Assembly: GCA_002269645.1 (NCBI GenBank)
Contig: NIVC01000064.1
Location: 372,001 to 436,000 of the forward strand
Direction: 5' to 3'
DNA length: 64,000 nt
DNA from: Macrostomum lignano
Taxonomy: Eukaryota
This document shows, piece by piece, positions 22,895 to 36,179 of this stretch. The position numbers and the translations under genes are program-made. Every line of letters begins with the position of its first letter. Position 1 is the first letter of the stretch. The notes beneath the pieces were generated by a model. It did not search any database and had not been told where the DNA came from. It worked only from the letters and a program-made list of their open reading frames with translations.

Positions 22895-24215
22895 TAATCT
22901 TGCTCAAAATGGCACTGCTATCATCAAAGTGCCACTGCAATCTTGCTCAAAATGGCACTGCTATCATCAAGTGCCACTGCAATCTTGATCAAAATGGCAC
23001 TGCTATCATCAAGTGCCACTGCAATCTTGCTCAAAATGGCACTGCTGTCATCAAAGTGCCACTTCAATCTTGCTCAAAATGGCACTGCTGTCATCAAAGT
23101 GCCACTTCAATCTTGCTCAAAATGGCACTGCTGTCATCAAAGTGCCACTGCAATCTTGCTCAAAATGGCACTGCTGTCATCAAAAGTGCCACTGCAATCT
23201 TGCTCAAAATGGCACTGCTGTCATCAAAAGTGCCACTGCAATCTTGCTCAAAATGGCACTGCTGTCATCAAAAGTGCCACTGCAATCTTGCTCAAAATGG
23301 CACTGCTGTCATCAAAAGTGCCACTGCAATCTTGCTCAAAATGGCACTGCTGTCATCAAAAGTGCCACTGCAATCTTGCTCAAAATGGCACTGCTGTCAT
23401 CAAAAGTGCCACTGCAATCTTGCTCAAAATGGCACTGCTGTCATCAAAAGTGCCACTGCAATCTTGCTCAAAATGGCACTGCTGTCATCAAAAGTGCCAC
23501 TGCAATCTTGCTCAAAATGGCACTGCTGTCATCAAAAGTGCCACTGCAATCTTGCTCAAAATGGCACTGCTATCATCAAAAGTGCCACTGCAATCTTGCT
23601 CAAAATGGCACTGCTGTTATCAAAAGTGCCACTGCAATCTTGCTCAAAATGGCACTGCTGTCATCAAAGTGCCACTTCAATCTTGCTCAAAATGGCACTG
23701 CTATCATCAAAGTGCCACTGCAATCTTGCTCAAAATGGCACTGCTGTTATCAACAGTGGCATTGCAATCTTGCTCAAAATGGCACTGCTATCATCAAAGT
23801 GCCACTGCAATCTTGCTCAAAATGGCACTGCTATCATCAAAGTGCCACTGCAATCTTGCTCAAAATGGCACTGCTGTTATCAACATTGGCATTGCAATCT
23901 TGCTTAAAATGGCACTGCTATCATCAAAGTGCCACTTCAATCTTGCTCAAAATGGCACTGCTGTTATCAACATTGGCATTGCAATCTTGCTCAAAATGGC
24001 ACTGCTGTTATCAACATTGGCACTGCAATCTTGCTCAAAATGGCACTGCTATTATCAAAGTGCCACTGCAATCTTGCTCAAAATGGCACTGCTATCATCA
24101 AAGTGCCACTGCAATCTTGCTCAAAATGGCACTGCTATCATCAAAGTGCCACTGCAATCTTGCTCAAAATGGCACTGCTATTATCAAAGATGGCACTATA
24201 CTTTTTTAAAAATGG
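22895..24215. repeat. Minisatellite, 42-44 nt unit AATCTTGCTCAAAATGGCACTGCTGTCATCAAAGTGCCACTGC
   Basis: About 30 units, each with an internal TGGCACT/AGTGCCA inverted repeat. Confidence 0.97.
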
Positions 24216-26499
24216 CACTCCAGTCTTCATTTTTTCATGGAATTTCAGTTCAGATCCGTTTATAATTAAAAATTAAATCTTTTCTTCTGAGTTGGTTGGG
24301 TCTGCTTCAAGAGTGTCAGTTCCGTATCTCCCTTCCGTGTAGCTTGGGCTTCCCAATAAAAGATCCGGTCCATCCAGCTGCCATGGGAAGCTGGAGGTAT
24401 CGCATGTGTAATTAGCAATAAATTTCTGCGAACTTTGACGCGCACTGCGTATAAAAGTCAAAAGCTGACTGCAGATCAACAGACTGGCTGGCATGGAGAG
24501 AAATGGACGAAAATGGATCGGGAAAGTGGGGACGCCGGTGCAGGTTCGCTCGGAAAGCTATTTTTTATGGTTCTCACGCCGGCTTTCCCTTGAGAGAGCC
24601 AGAGAGAGAGAGGGAGAAAGAGAGACCGAGGCCAAAGACATTAGATTGGATTAAAATCCAGCGTCAGCACAAAAGCATCAGGAGGACGACTTGCTAGAAG
24701 AGACTCAGAGCCTGTTTCTGCTTCTCTCCGGGGAATTCTCATTTCTGAGTCTCTCTCTGCCGCTCTGGTCCTGGAGACTCACAGAGACAGAAAGTGGATA
24801 AAAGGGGAAATGGAGGGGTTGAGCAGAAATAGGGGCCAGAGACGGAGCGAGAGTGAGTTGTTAGGGCCTGTCTAAAATGACTTTTTGCCCCCCCCCGAGT
24901 TTTGTCATCAAATCCGGGCCATGTTGCGAATTTGTGACTTTTGGCTTTTTGACGACTGCATGTCAGTTTCTGGGGGTAAAAATTGCCGTTTTCTGAGTTG
25001 TGTCAAGAAAGATTTCAAGACGAAGATGACGCTTGTCCATTTGGCGCCGAAATCTTTGACGAAAGAATCGAGCCCGTGACTTCAATACAGCTGCTTGGCA
25101 CATAGCTGTATTTCCTATCCAGTTTGGCAAGCCCCCCCCCCTTCTCAATTCTTGAGCAGTCCCCAGATGGCACGCGATGAGTATTAACACCCATCAATCT
25201 CGTGCTTAATCTCATCACGTTCTAACATCCCCGTGTATAATCCTCACTTTTGGTTTGTCATGCATTTTTCAACGCTGCATATTGTGCGCGCGAGCCGGTG
25301 CCTTCTCTGCGCTAAAATTGTAATTGATGTTTAGAAATTCTCAGCGGGGATTCTACTGGCACCCCAGTATGCAGCCAAAGGAGACTTGTCAAGACTGTAG
25401 ATGATAAAAGACAACTCCAGATGGGATTCTGCATTATTTAGCAGGACCTGTCCCCATCCGTGCGTCTTGCTGTCTCTTGAGCAGCCTTGAGAAGTGGATA
25501 GGGGGGATATTTTCCCCAAGACAAGGCTATGGCGGGCGGCCACACTCAATAGGCTCTGATGCTGAAATGGAGGCCAAGCTTCATCTATATCCAGCGTCCA
25601 GCAGGGCCGTTTCTCTTTTTCTCTTGTGTTCTTAAATAATGGATTAAGAAGCAGGTGCTGCTAATCCTCCTCCATCGCTGGTCTTTCAGTCTCCCGTTGT
25701 TTTCCAACCCCTACAGCTAAGCCTCTGTTTTTACTGCATTAGAGAAAGAAAATTCAAAATGACCAAACACGAGACCCGGGGATCAAAAATGCGAGAGACG
25801 ATCTGCTGAATGGGGATTTCCCAATACTTGATCGGTTCGGAGCGTATCAGCCCCGTGAACTGTCAAAAGAAATGATTGCCTTGAAAGCTACCGTTTTAGA
25901 GCTTGGTCAAAGCTCTGCTAAATCTCCTTTTAAAGCTTTTGACTAACTTGATCCATAGTCAGGTGTCCTATAGGGGGAGATTGGAGCTCTTTGTATTGTC
26001 GTGAGCATCAGCTTGATGTCTGTCTGTGTGCAGTGTACAGTTTTTTTCCAAAGCATGATTTCGAACCCCCCGCTGTGAGGAGGGAAATTGGCGCGGTGAG
26101 GTGGGGGGGAGACTTCACGGGTTTTATTCTCTAAATTCGCAGAATAATCTGGAGCAGATGGGGCCTGTAGGCTCCTCGCTCTCTGTGGGGCTTTGGCGCC
26201 AACATATGCAGAACTCAACAACAATACATTGGCTTACTGGGCTTCACTGTCTGGTCTGCTCAAACTATGAATTGTTACAATACAATGTAATAAGACTATC
26301 TATCAGTCATATAGCTAATATTGTATGGAATGTTGATATCGTCATCATATGGTGCCCTTTCATTTTTTCCTTTGTTGGCAGCTTTTTCTGTCTTACTTTT
26401 TTCTCCCCGATTGAATAGCTAAATTAACTTGAAAGAAAACTTTTGCTTTCGAAACAGATTCTCAATTTATCTGCTTGCTCACCCTCCAGATGTCTCACT

Positions 26500-27195
26500 C
26501 TACTTCTCAACAATCTCAGTATCTCACTTTACTTATCAGTGTCTCACTCTTACTTCTCAGTGTCTCACTTACTTCTCAGTGTCTCACTCTACTTCTCAGT
26601 GTCTCACTCTTACTTCTCAGTGTCTCACTTTACTTCTCAGTGTCTCACTCTTACTTCTCAGTGTCTCACTTTACTTCTCAGTGTCTCACTCTTACTTCTC
26701 AGTGTCTCACTTACTTCTCAGTGTCTCACTTTACTTCTCAGTGTCTCACTCTTACTTCTCAGTGTCTCACTCTACTTCTCAGTGTCTCACTCTACTTCTC
26801 AGTGTCTCACTCTACTTCTCAGTGTTTCAGTCTACTTCTCAGTGTCTCACTTACTTCTCAGTGTCTCACTTACTTCTCAGTGTCTCACTTTACTTCTCAG
26901 TGTCTCACTCTTACTTCTCAGTGTCTCACTCTACTTCTCAGTGTCTCACTCTACTTCTCAGTGTCTCACTCTACTTCTCAGTGTTTCAGTCTACTTCTCA
27001 GTGTTTCAGTCTACTTCTCAGTGTTTCAGTCTACTTCTCACCAATCTCAGTGTCTCAGTCTACTTATCAGTGTTTCACTCTATTTCTCAGTGTTTCACTC
27101 TATTTCTCAGTGTCTCACTCTTACTTCTCAGTGTCTCACTCTACTTCTCAGTGTCTCACTCTTACTTCTCAGTGTCTCACTCTACTTCTCACTCT
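26500..27195. repeat. Minisatellite, 19-22 nt unit CAGTGTCTCACTCTACTTCT
   Basis: Tandem pyrimidine-rich units. Confidence 0.95.
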
Positions 27196-27789
27196 CCCAG
27201 ATCACTCTACTTTTTACCTTCCCAGTATCTCACTCCACTTCTCTCCCCTCTACTGTATCACTCCAATTCCCAGCTTCTGTCTGACTGTCAGTCCTCACCA
27301 TTCAACTTACCAGGGGTTTATATTCATGTGCCACTTTTTAATAGCTCGTGTACAATAAACAGTGAGCATGTACAGCAGTAGCGCACAATGAATCAATCGC
27401 CTTTTTAAGTGTTGGGCCCGAGAGAGAGAACTGGCTCTTCTCTGAATTCGCTCGCTTTTCTCTAATAGAAAACTGCCAGGGAATTTTTTCCCGCATCAAC
27501 CAGCTGCTGTGAACCCTTGAGTAGGGAGGCTTTGGCCAGCTCAGTCCCCGAGCCCCTTTGAGAGGCCTCAGCTCACTCGCTCGCAGGTGAGGGTCCCCTC
27601 CTGATAACCGCTTGGCGCCTTGGTAATACTTAACCAACCTTGGATAGAACTCTTATGAACGCCTCAGTTAAGGATGCTGAATGCTGAGCGCTGGTAGAGA
27701 AATTCTCCTGATCTGGAAATCTAATTCATTTTATTGTACGCTTGTTTCCAGGCTATAATTATTCAGGCTTGCAGGTCTTAGTTAAAGAA

Positions 27790-28070
27790 AGTCTTGCTCT
27801 AGAAGCTCTTGGAAGGTATTGCTTCTAGAGGAGCTTCCAAAGGCTCCAAAAGCTCTTTTTTGGAATGTTTTGCTTCTATAGAGGATCTGTTCTTTCTTGG
27901 AAGGTTTTGCTTCTAAAGGGGCTATTCTTTCTTGGAAGGTTTTGCTTCTAGAGGAGATGTTCTTTCTTGGAAGATTTTGCTTCTAGAGGAGCTGCTCTTT
28001 CTTGGAATGTTTTGCTTCTAGAGGAGCTGCTCTTTCTTGGAAGATGTTGCTTCTAGAGGAGCTATCCTTA
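27790..28070. repeat. Degenerate minisatellite, about 35-nt unit TTGCTTCTAGAGGAGCTGCTCTTTCTTGGAAGGTT
   Basis: About 8 units; two further related units at about 29940-30010. Confidence 0.85.
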
Positions 28071-29122
28071 TAGGAGGCTGTGTTTCTTCCAGATCAGCCT
28101 ATCTTCTAGCAGCCATCAGTTTGCAATAAGCAATACTTAAAAAACCTGAATTTAACAAAAAAGTTCTTTCACGCAAGCGGCAGCCGAGACAAAAAACTCT
28201 CAAAGCAATCCCAGGTTTGAAAGCTGGGGGGGTTGGGGAAATGACGTGTTTTGAATAGTCTCTCTCTCTAATTAATTCCCGCTCTGTTTTCATTCCTTCG
28301 TGCTATATACTGTAGTAGTGTCTTCCAGAGCGGGCAGGCTGACTCCAGCCTCCTCCATCTCGGCTCAGTACTGGGCAATGAAGGCCAAACTCCCCATAAT
28401 ATTAGTAATCCACTCGCAGTATTGCCAGGGCGCGGAGAAAAAGTTAGGCCACCAAAGTTTCAGCCGGTGCCGATGGGAACGCGGCCCACCTGTGAAATAT
28501 TTATGCTGCCAGGGAAGAGGGGAAGAGAAAAACCCCTCGCCGTTTTTTTCAGGCTTTGAGTAGCGGGAGGCCAGTTGAGAGATGAGAAGCGGCTACCACT
28601 ACTGGTCCTCCATCTTAGAGCCGCGCTGCTTCCTAAGACTCTCGTCTCTACACCCCCCCCCCAGTCAACCCCTTGGAACTCCCATACTTCTCAAGATTAA
28701 ACAATGCCCTCCTCACGCACACGTGTGCGGCCGCAGTCCACGCTATAGCGGTCCCTGCTCAGTATATAGTGTGTAACCCTTGCTGCTGCTGCTGCTGGAG
28801 CACTCCCGATACTTGGAAGTTTGGTTGGATGTGAATTTTTTTGGAGGACTACCTAAGAGAATCGCATAGAGACTGACGGAGCTGAGAAAGAGAGGGTCGA
28901 AGTGAGAGTCCATGCAGCCTCTTTAAAAAACGCCTCTCCTATGTAAGCTTTAGGTACAGCTCTCCTAAACCTAGCATAGTTTTGTTTAGACTCTGAATTC
29001 CACACTGGGTCTCCTGATCGGCGATTTCTCTTGCATTATTTTTTTGTTTTATTGTTTTTGCACAATAAGTTGCCATTGATTCGATATGCAACAAATGGGT
29101 GAGCTTAATTAATGGCGAGAAA

Positions 29123-29318
29123 GGAACCCCCTACTCCTGAAGCGACACTGGAACCCCCTACTCCTGAAGCGACACTGGAACCCCCTACTCCTGAAGCGAC
29201 ACTGGAACCCCCTACTCCTGAAGCGACACTGGAACCCCCTACTCCTGAAGCGACACTGGAACCCCCTACTCCTGAAGCGACACTGGAACCCCCTACTCCT
29301 GAAGCGACACTGGAACCC
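29123..29318. repeat. Perfect 27-nt tandem repeat GGAACCCCCTACTCCTGAAGCGACACT, 7 copies
   Basis: Seven identical units plus a partial one. Confidence 0.97.
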
Positions 29319-30614
29319 GTCTTGAAGCAACTCTTGAGTTCACAGCTTAGTTGCAAATTTTCATTAAACAATTCGACAAATATTCATACCTTATGTACAG
29401 TATATTTTAGTTTGAATGCTTGAAAACACCGTCTTTAAGCAAATTGAAGCGCAAACAGAATAACAAACACAAACAGCAGCTGTTGCAGACGCAAGCTAGC
29501 GGTTGGTACCGTGTTTACTAAAATGAAAACGACAATCGTACACTTTCAACACCAAGAATGGACAAAGTTCTAGGAAGCGAAGCATATTTTTATTAGTAGA
29601 GAACAAGCTGGGACAATAAAGTCCTCAATAAATCTGTCTTAATAGTACATGTACATGCTCTAAAACCATTCTTACTTGTACATAGAAAATCGATTTTGTT
29701 TGTGAACACGCGGTATATAAATTGTGCATATCGTGCGTGCAGACTTTCAAATACATAAACTAACACACATGATAAACAACCAGAGCTCATGGACAACCAA
29801 AAAGTAAAAACTATACACTATATTTTCTAAAAAATGAGCTGGAGGTCGTAGAGAAAATGAGACTTCTCCACCGTATTTGTCTATGGCGAAAGCCCCATTC
29901 AGAGCTGTGCTTTCTCTATGGGCATGCTAAATACTTATAGAATTGCTTCTAGAGGGGCTGTTCTTTCTTAGAAAGTATTGCTTCTAGAGGATCTGTTCCT
30001 CTAGCAAGCAATATGACAAATACACGTTTTTTATCTGCCTCCAGCTCATTTCAAAGAAAGTCGAGTGAGCGTACTTCTACTTCAGCTGTCCATGACAATG
30101 CATTACATACATAAGTTTAAAGTTTCTACCTGACACTAAGGTTGGTCGCCCATGGTACTTTATTCAGTATAGATGTAGATGGGCTTGAAAACATCACAGA
30201 AATTCAATATCTTGAGTCCTTTGGATCCACTTGCGCTCTTGTGTACGCCTATATGTACAGTAAAGGAGATTGAAATAAATTATAAATTAGTTACCAACTG
30301 TAGTTGTAGTACAAGTAGAAAAAACAAAGGACACATTTTTATCTCTCCTGCTTGTGTACCAACAGAGAAAGGTTATAACTGGGGTTGTTACAGGGGTCTC
30401 GGTGGGAGGGGGGTTCACAGGACAATTCAGGTGTTCCATTGTTTTTTCCATAAGGGTTTCTTGTATGCCCTAGGTGTTTTTGAGGAGTCAAAATTTACCA
30501 AAAAGATCTCCGTAAGAATTATGATAATTAGTCAATCTATGTGTCAACATCTCTCAATGGCTGAATGAGGGTTGCAATTGTACATGTACCTGCATGGTTG
30601 CTGTGGAATAAAGG

Positions 30615-32969
30615 TCAGTGCGGGCTCGGGTGCATGCCCGGGGTGGCGAATTTCATTCGCTTCTGCTTCTGGCGCTGGTTGCAGAACCAGACTCGGACGA
30701 CATTCTTCTTCAGGTTGAGCTTCTCGGCAATCTGGGCGATCTTCTCCGAGGACGGTCGGGGCTGCACGTGGAAGTAGGCCTCTAGCGAACGCTTCTCCGC
30801 GTCCGTTATGGACGTCCGCTTGCGCTTCTTGTCCAGCCCGTCGCCGTAGACGTCCGGGTTCTTCTGCCGCTCCATGGCAACGTGCTCGGCCTCTTCTAGC
30901 CAGGCCTGGAGCACCGGCTTGAGCGCGATCATGTTGTTGTGACTGAGCGTCAGCGACTCAAATCTGCAGATGGTCGACTGCGACAGAGAGCCAACGCCCG
31001 GAAGCTTCAGATTGCCTAAAGCTTTGCCAACGTCGGCTTGAGTTACGCCAAGTTTAATTCGACGCTGTTTGAAGCGTTCAGCGAAGGCTTCGAGCTCCCT
31101 GGGATCGTAGTCCATCAGTTCTACGGCGGTGGCGGCAGCGACGCTTGCATAGTGCGATGTAGGGCTCATGCACTGCTGCTGGTGCTGCTGCTGCAGGTGC
31201 TGCTGTTGCTGCTGTAACTGCTGCTGCTGTTGTTCATGCACCTGGTGATGCAGCTGCTGTTGCTGCAACTGCTGGTGACCTGCAGCGGCGACCATGTGAG
31301 GGTTAGTCGGATAAGCCAGGTTGTGGTAGCCTCCGTAGCCAACCATCGCCTGCATGTGATGATGATGGTGGCTGAGCTCCTGTTGATGTTGAAGCTGCTG
31401 CTGATGATGCTGATGCTGATGCTGCTGATGATGATGCTGCTGCTGATGCAGCTGGTCCTGCTGCATGTAGAGCGGATGCGGCGGCGGCTGCATCTGTGTG
31501 TACAAATTCTCCTGGTGCTGACGCAGGAAGGCTGGCATCGGCATGCCGTGCGGACCGCCGGACGGCTTCATCTCGGCGCCGACCCCACTGCTGCCGCCGC
31601 CGTCCACCAGAGTGGTGGCAGCCCGAGCCAGCAGCTGGTGCTCGTCCAGCGAGAACGGAGCAGCTGTGGTCTAAAATTGTTGAGTTTCTTTATGCATTCG
31701 ACTTTTCAGTGACTCTTTCAAACCTCTTGCAAGCCTTACACAGTGAATATTATCTGTTTAAATAATGAAAATAGTGAGCTAGAAAGACTGTCACTTCCTA
31801 TATTGATACGTTTTCGTTATAATGAGCAAGTGCTGGAAACTGTGAATAGATGTACGAGTATAGGGTGGGCAGTGAAACTTTCTTGTGATTCCTCTTGTTT
31901 CGTTACTTATTCCAAAGCGCCGCTGGTGAAGCCCCTGGTGCTAAAGCCCCTGGTGCTAAAGGCCCTGGTGCTAAAGGCCCTGGCGCTAAAGCCCCTGGTG
32001 CTAAAGCCCCTGGTGCTAAAGGCCCTGGTGCTAAAGGCCCTGGTGCTAAAGCCCCTGGTGCTAAAGCCCCTGGTGCTAAAGCCCCTGGTGCTAAAGCCCC
32101 TGGTGCTAAAGCCACTGGTGCTAAAGCCCCTGGTGCTAAAGCCATTGGTGCTAAAGCCACTGGTGCTAAAGGCCCTGGTGCTAAAGCCACTGGTGCTAAA
32201 GGCCCTGGTGCTAAAGCCACTGGTGCTAAAGCCCCTGGTGCTAAAGGCCCTGCTGCTAAAGCCCCTGGTGCTAAAGCCCCTGGTGCTAAAGCCCCTGGTG
32301 CTAAAGCCATTGGTGCTAAAGCCATTGGTGCTAAAGGCCCTGGTGCTAAAGCCACTGGTGCTAAAGGCCCTGGTGCTAAAGCCACTGGTGCTAAAGGCAC
32401 TGGTGCTAAAGGCCCTGGTGCTAAAGCCACTGGTGCTAAAGCCACTGGTGCTAAAGGCCCTGGTGCTAAAGCCACTGGTGCTAAAGGCCCTGGTGCTAAA
32501 GCCACTGGTGCTAAAGCCCCTGGTGCTAAAGGCCCTGCTGCTAAAGCCCCTGGTGCTAAAGCCCCTGGTGCTAAAGCCACTGGTGCTAAAGCCATTGGTG
32601 CTAAAGCCCCTGGTGCTAAAGCCACTGGTGCTAAAGCCATTGGTGCTAAAGCCCCTGGTGCTAAAGCCACTGGTGCTAAAGCCACTGGTGCTAAAGCCCC
32701 TGGTGCTAAAGCCACTGCTGCTAAAGCCACTGGTGCCGCCGCCCTTCAATAAATACCTAGCTAAGCCCGTGCATAATGAGACAAGCAAAGGAACTAACCG
32801 ATGCCAAACTTACGCCACTGCCGCATCTTCTGACGGCCATGTCCCAGGGCGAGGCTCTGTAGTGACTGGCGGAGCCGCCCGCAGGATACAGGCTGTCAGA
32901 CATGCCCAGCTGCTGGTCATGGTGCGGACTGCTAGCGGACACGGCAGCCGTTGTTGACGCCGCGGCCAT
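30615..32969 (-). CDS. POU4: Class IV POU-homeodomain transcription factor (Brn-3/unc-86/acj6 type), 403 aa; exons 32969-32814 and 31670-30615
   Basis: Exon 1 (52 codons, ...WDMAVRRCGSG) ends at a GTAAGT donor. Exon 2 follows TTTTAG in phase 0 with the POU-IV box (FSLDEHQLLARA), poly-Q/H, the POU-specific domain DPRELEAFAERFKQRRIKLGVTQADVG...LSHNNMIALKP, and the homeodomain ending VRVWFCNQRQKQKRMK. The intron splits the POU-IV box as in known POU4 genes. Confidence 0.95.
31925..32735. repeat. Intronic minisatellite, 15-nt unit GGTGCTAAAGCCCCT and variants
   Basis: About 54 units inside the single POU4 intron. Confidence 0.97.
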
Positions 32970-33949
32970 CTTGAATCCGTAGAGAGGTGGGGTAGTTTTT
33001 ATGTGTCTATGTTTTCCTAAAACTAATTGGCCAGGTTAATTACCATGCGGTGTCTGCTGGTTTAGTCGCGGGATGACGGGGGTTGCTGTGCCGAGAAGTG
33101 GATTTCGCGGCAAGTGCAGCGGCGGCCTTGAATAATGCAGTAAGACAAAGAATTGAATTTGCCAAGGAGTCACCTTTCCGAGTGAGAATCGACCAGGTTC
33201 GGAATGAGAAGCTGTGTGGGGTGTGTGTGTGTGTCAGGGTGAGAGTTTCGTGTCTGAGGCACACACACAGAGAGAGAGAGAGCTGGAGCGAGGTTCTGGG
33301 GGTGAATAATTTAACTGGGCCTCAATTATTCAAACTTTCAACACTTTAAATTGCGGAGGTGAGGAGCCCGCGTGGGGAGCAAAGTCGGGGATTCGGGCAG
33401 AGTCGCCGATGGGAAATCGCGCTTCCCTCAGACTCGCGCCGGCCAATCAGGCTTCACCAGACGATGAGATGATGCTGGGAAGATGAAGCTGCGTCCAATA
33501 GGAGAAGCTGGCAAGCTGGCTTGAATGGGATTGCAATAGGGGGCCACGCCACGCGCATATTTAAAATTAATGAAAAAACTTTTTTTCGGAAATCCTGCCA
33601 CGCGACCTTGATGTTCTTCCATCCTGTTTGTATACACTGGAACGCCCGATGGAGAGGTCAGCGCGTGGACTTTAATTATGCACCACGGGGAGGATTGGGA
33701 GGCGACAGATGCTGCTGGTTAAGGGTCAACTGCTCCAAAAATTCATTAATTTGAAAATTAGGAGTTTATTGCAAATTGAATACTGCATGCTTTAGCGTGT
33801 CCTTGTTAATGTCACTTCTTATACACTATCCCAGTCTCACTGTTCTACATCTGATTCAGAACTGTCCTTTCGCTCTACCCAAAACCATTTTGTTCCCAAC
33901 TCTGAATTACCGCCAGATAAACTGCACTGCCCCTGCATTCTCCCTGCAC

Positions 33950-34460
33950 TGTACCCACGCTTCCTGCACTACCCATATGCTCCCTGCACTACCCATATGC
34001 TCCCTGAACTACCCATATGCTCCCTGCACTACCCATATGCTCCCTGCACTACCCATATGCTCCCTGCACTACCCATATGCTCCCTGCACTACCCATATGC
34101 TCCCTGAACTACCCCCATGCTCCCTGAACTACCCATATGCTCCCTGCACTACCCATATGCTCCCTGCACTACCCATATGCTCCCTGCACTACCCATATGC
34201 TCCCTGCACTACCCCCATGCTCCCTGCACTACCCATATGCTCCCTGCACTACCCCCATGCTCCCTGAACTACCCATATGCTCCCTGCACTACCCATATGC
34301 TCCCTGCACTACCCATATGCTCCCTGCACTACCCATATGCTCCCTGCACTACCCATATGCTCCCTGCACTACCCATATGCTCCCTGCACTACCCATATGC
34401 TCCCTGCACTACCCATATGCTCCCTGCACTACCCATATGCTCCTGCACTACCCCCAGCTC
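33950..34460. repeat. Minisatellite, 20-nt unit CTCCCTGCACTACCCATATG
   Basis: About 25 tandem units. Confidence 0.97.
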
Positions 34461-35309
34461 CCAGCACTGCCTCGAACCTCCCTGCACTATTACCTATCCT
34501 ACATGTACATAACACCTTTCCATTTGTCCGATACAAACTTCGCAGCAATATAATATAGAAAAGCGTCAAAAACTAACTAGAAATTACAAGCCTAATATGA
34601 TTCTTGAGCTTCATGTGTTGATAATTCATAAAAGTTCAGTTTTCTCAGCCTTCCAATCTCTGCGATTGTTTAATGCTATAGTATTTAAATAATCCATGCT
34701 TTCTACTATCAGTAGGTCAATACGCAGCAATAGGTTTTTTTCGACAATTTATTTACGTAAAAATAGGTCAAAAATTCCTCGAACTTTCTAGAAGATTCTA
34801 TGTAGCTGTCGCACTTAAAGCTCAAAGTTCTCTTTTTTTGCACCCACGCTGCCGCTGCACGTACAACCCACGTGTCACAGACGTATAAAATGAAACACTG
34901 TCTAATAATAGAATGTTGGGCCAAAAAGCGAGTACAGCTTGAGGTTAAAGGACTCGCGTTGTGTGTGCAGGCATGAATAGCAAGTCATCTAACTAGGTAC
35001 TAAACCAAAACTTTCTGCAAGCGAAGCCATATACACATTCCAACGAGTTAAACAGGCTGTCATTTCATTTTCGACTTCAAGGATTTGAGTTTCAATTATA
35101 TTGCGAGAAATGTATTCACGTCCGCAATGTGCCAGTTTCAATTGAGCTAAGTCCGTTGTGCTAAAAATTAGGGTTCTTCAAAAAAGCTGTGCTGATTCTT
35201 TTTTTCTAAATTATGTTCGACATTTAACTCGAACAGATGTCGTCTTATTGCTAATACGCATGCAGTAGGAATGATAATGCTTAACATAAGAAAGAGAACG
35301 AATTGAGTA

Positions 35310-35935
35310 TTGGGCAGGTAGAGGAGAGGAAGAAGGAGAGAAGGAAGGGGAAGAAGGAGAGAGATAAGGGAAGAAAGAGAGATAAGGGGAAGAAGGAAAG
35401 ATAAGGGGAAGAAGGAAAGATAAGGGGAAGAAAGAGAGATAAGGGGAAGAAGGAGAGAGATAAGGGAAGAAAGAGAGATAAGGGGAAGAAGGAGAGAGAT
35501 AAGGGAAGAAAGAGAGATAAGGGGAAGAAGGAAAGATAAGGGGAAGAAGGAAAGATAAGGGGAAGAAAGAGAGATAAGGGGAAGAAAGAGAGATAAGGGG
35601 AAGAAAGAGAGATAAGGGGAAGAAGGAGAGAGCTAAGGGGAAGAAAGAGAGATAAGGGGAAGAAAGAGAGATAAGGGGAAGAAGGAAAGATAAGGGGAAG
35701 AAGGGAAGAGGAGAGGGGAAGAAGGGGAGAAGGGAGGCGAAGAAGGAGAGAATTGGGGAGAGGAAGGACGACGTAGAGGGATAAGGGGAAGGAGAGAGCA
35801 GAGGGGAAGAAGGAGAGAGGGGAGTTAAATAAGGAGAGAAGAGAGAGGAGAGGAAGAAGAACAGAGAAGAGAGGAAGGATAGGGGAGGGGAAGAAGGAGA
35901 GAGGGGAGAGAGAGGCAGAGGAAAGACAGGAGACC
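35310..35935. repeat. Polypurine (AG-rich) low-complexity tract with GATAAGGGGAAGAAAGAGA units
   Basis: Almost pure A/G on the plus strand. Confidence 0.9.
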
Positions 35936-36179
35936 AAGTCTAAAACTCAGCAAAATAGGGGAAAGAGAGGCGATCAGGAAAGTGCGACCATGCAACTATG
36001 CTTGCATAATTCACTAACGTATCTAATAATATTTCACCGATGGGCTCGCATGAACTGCCGTTTATTAACTGTTACAATCACAGTATTGTTTTCCACAAAC
36101 AGACTAAAAGTATGCATGCATATGCGCTTATTTCTAAACAATTTGAAATCGTTAAGCGAGTCGCAAGCTGCATTCAAAA

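Noticed and set aside
22768-24276. Regularly spaced hairpin repeats suggesting a CRISPR array, and 380-440 aa Cys-rich ORFs
   Set aside because: No unique spacers, no cas genes and a eukaryotic context; the ORFs are repeat translations.
24280-28900. GC-balanced islands with CAGCTG and TAAT motifs as POU4 3' enhancers
   Set aside because: The motifs are short and common; no conservation or chromatin data are available to support them.
29112-29423. ORF with EPPTPEATL x7 resembling a mucin or surface repeat
   Set aside because: Perfect DNA repeat with no synonymous variation, open on both strands, and no signal peptide or splice context.
31895-32957. Long ORFs with GAKAP, LVLKP or ALAPG repeats resembling collagen or elastin
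   Set aside because: All are translations of the 15-nt minisatellite, open in several frames on both strands, and lie inside the POU4 intron.
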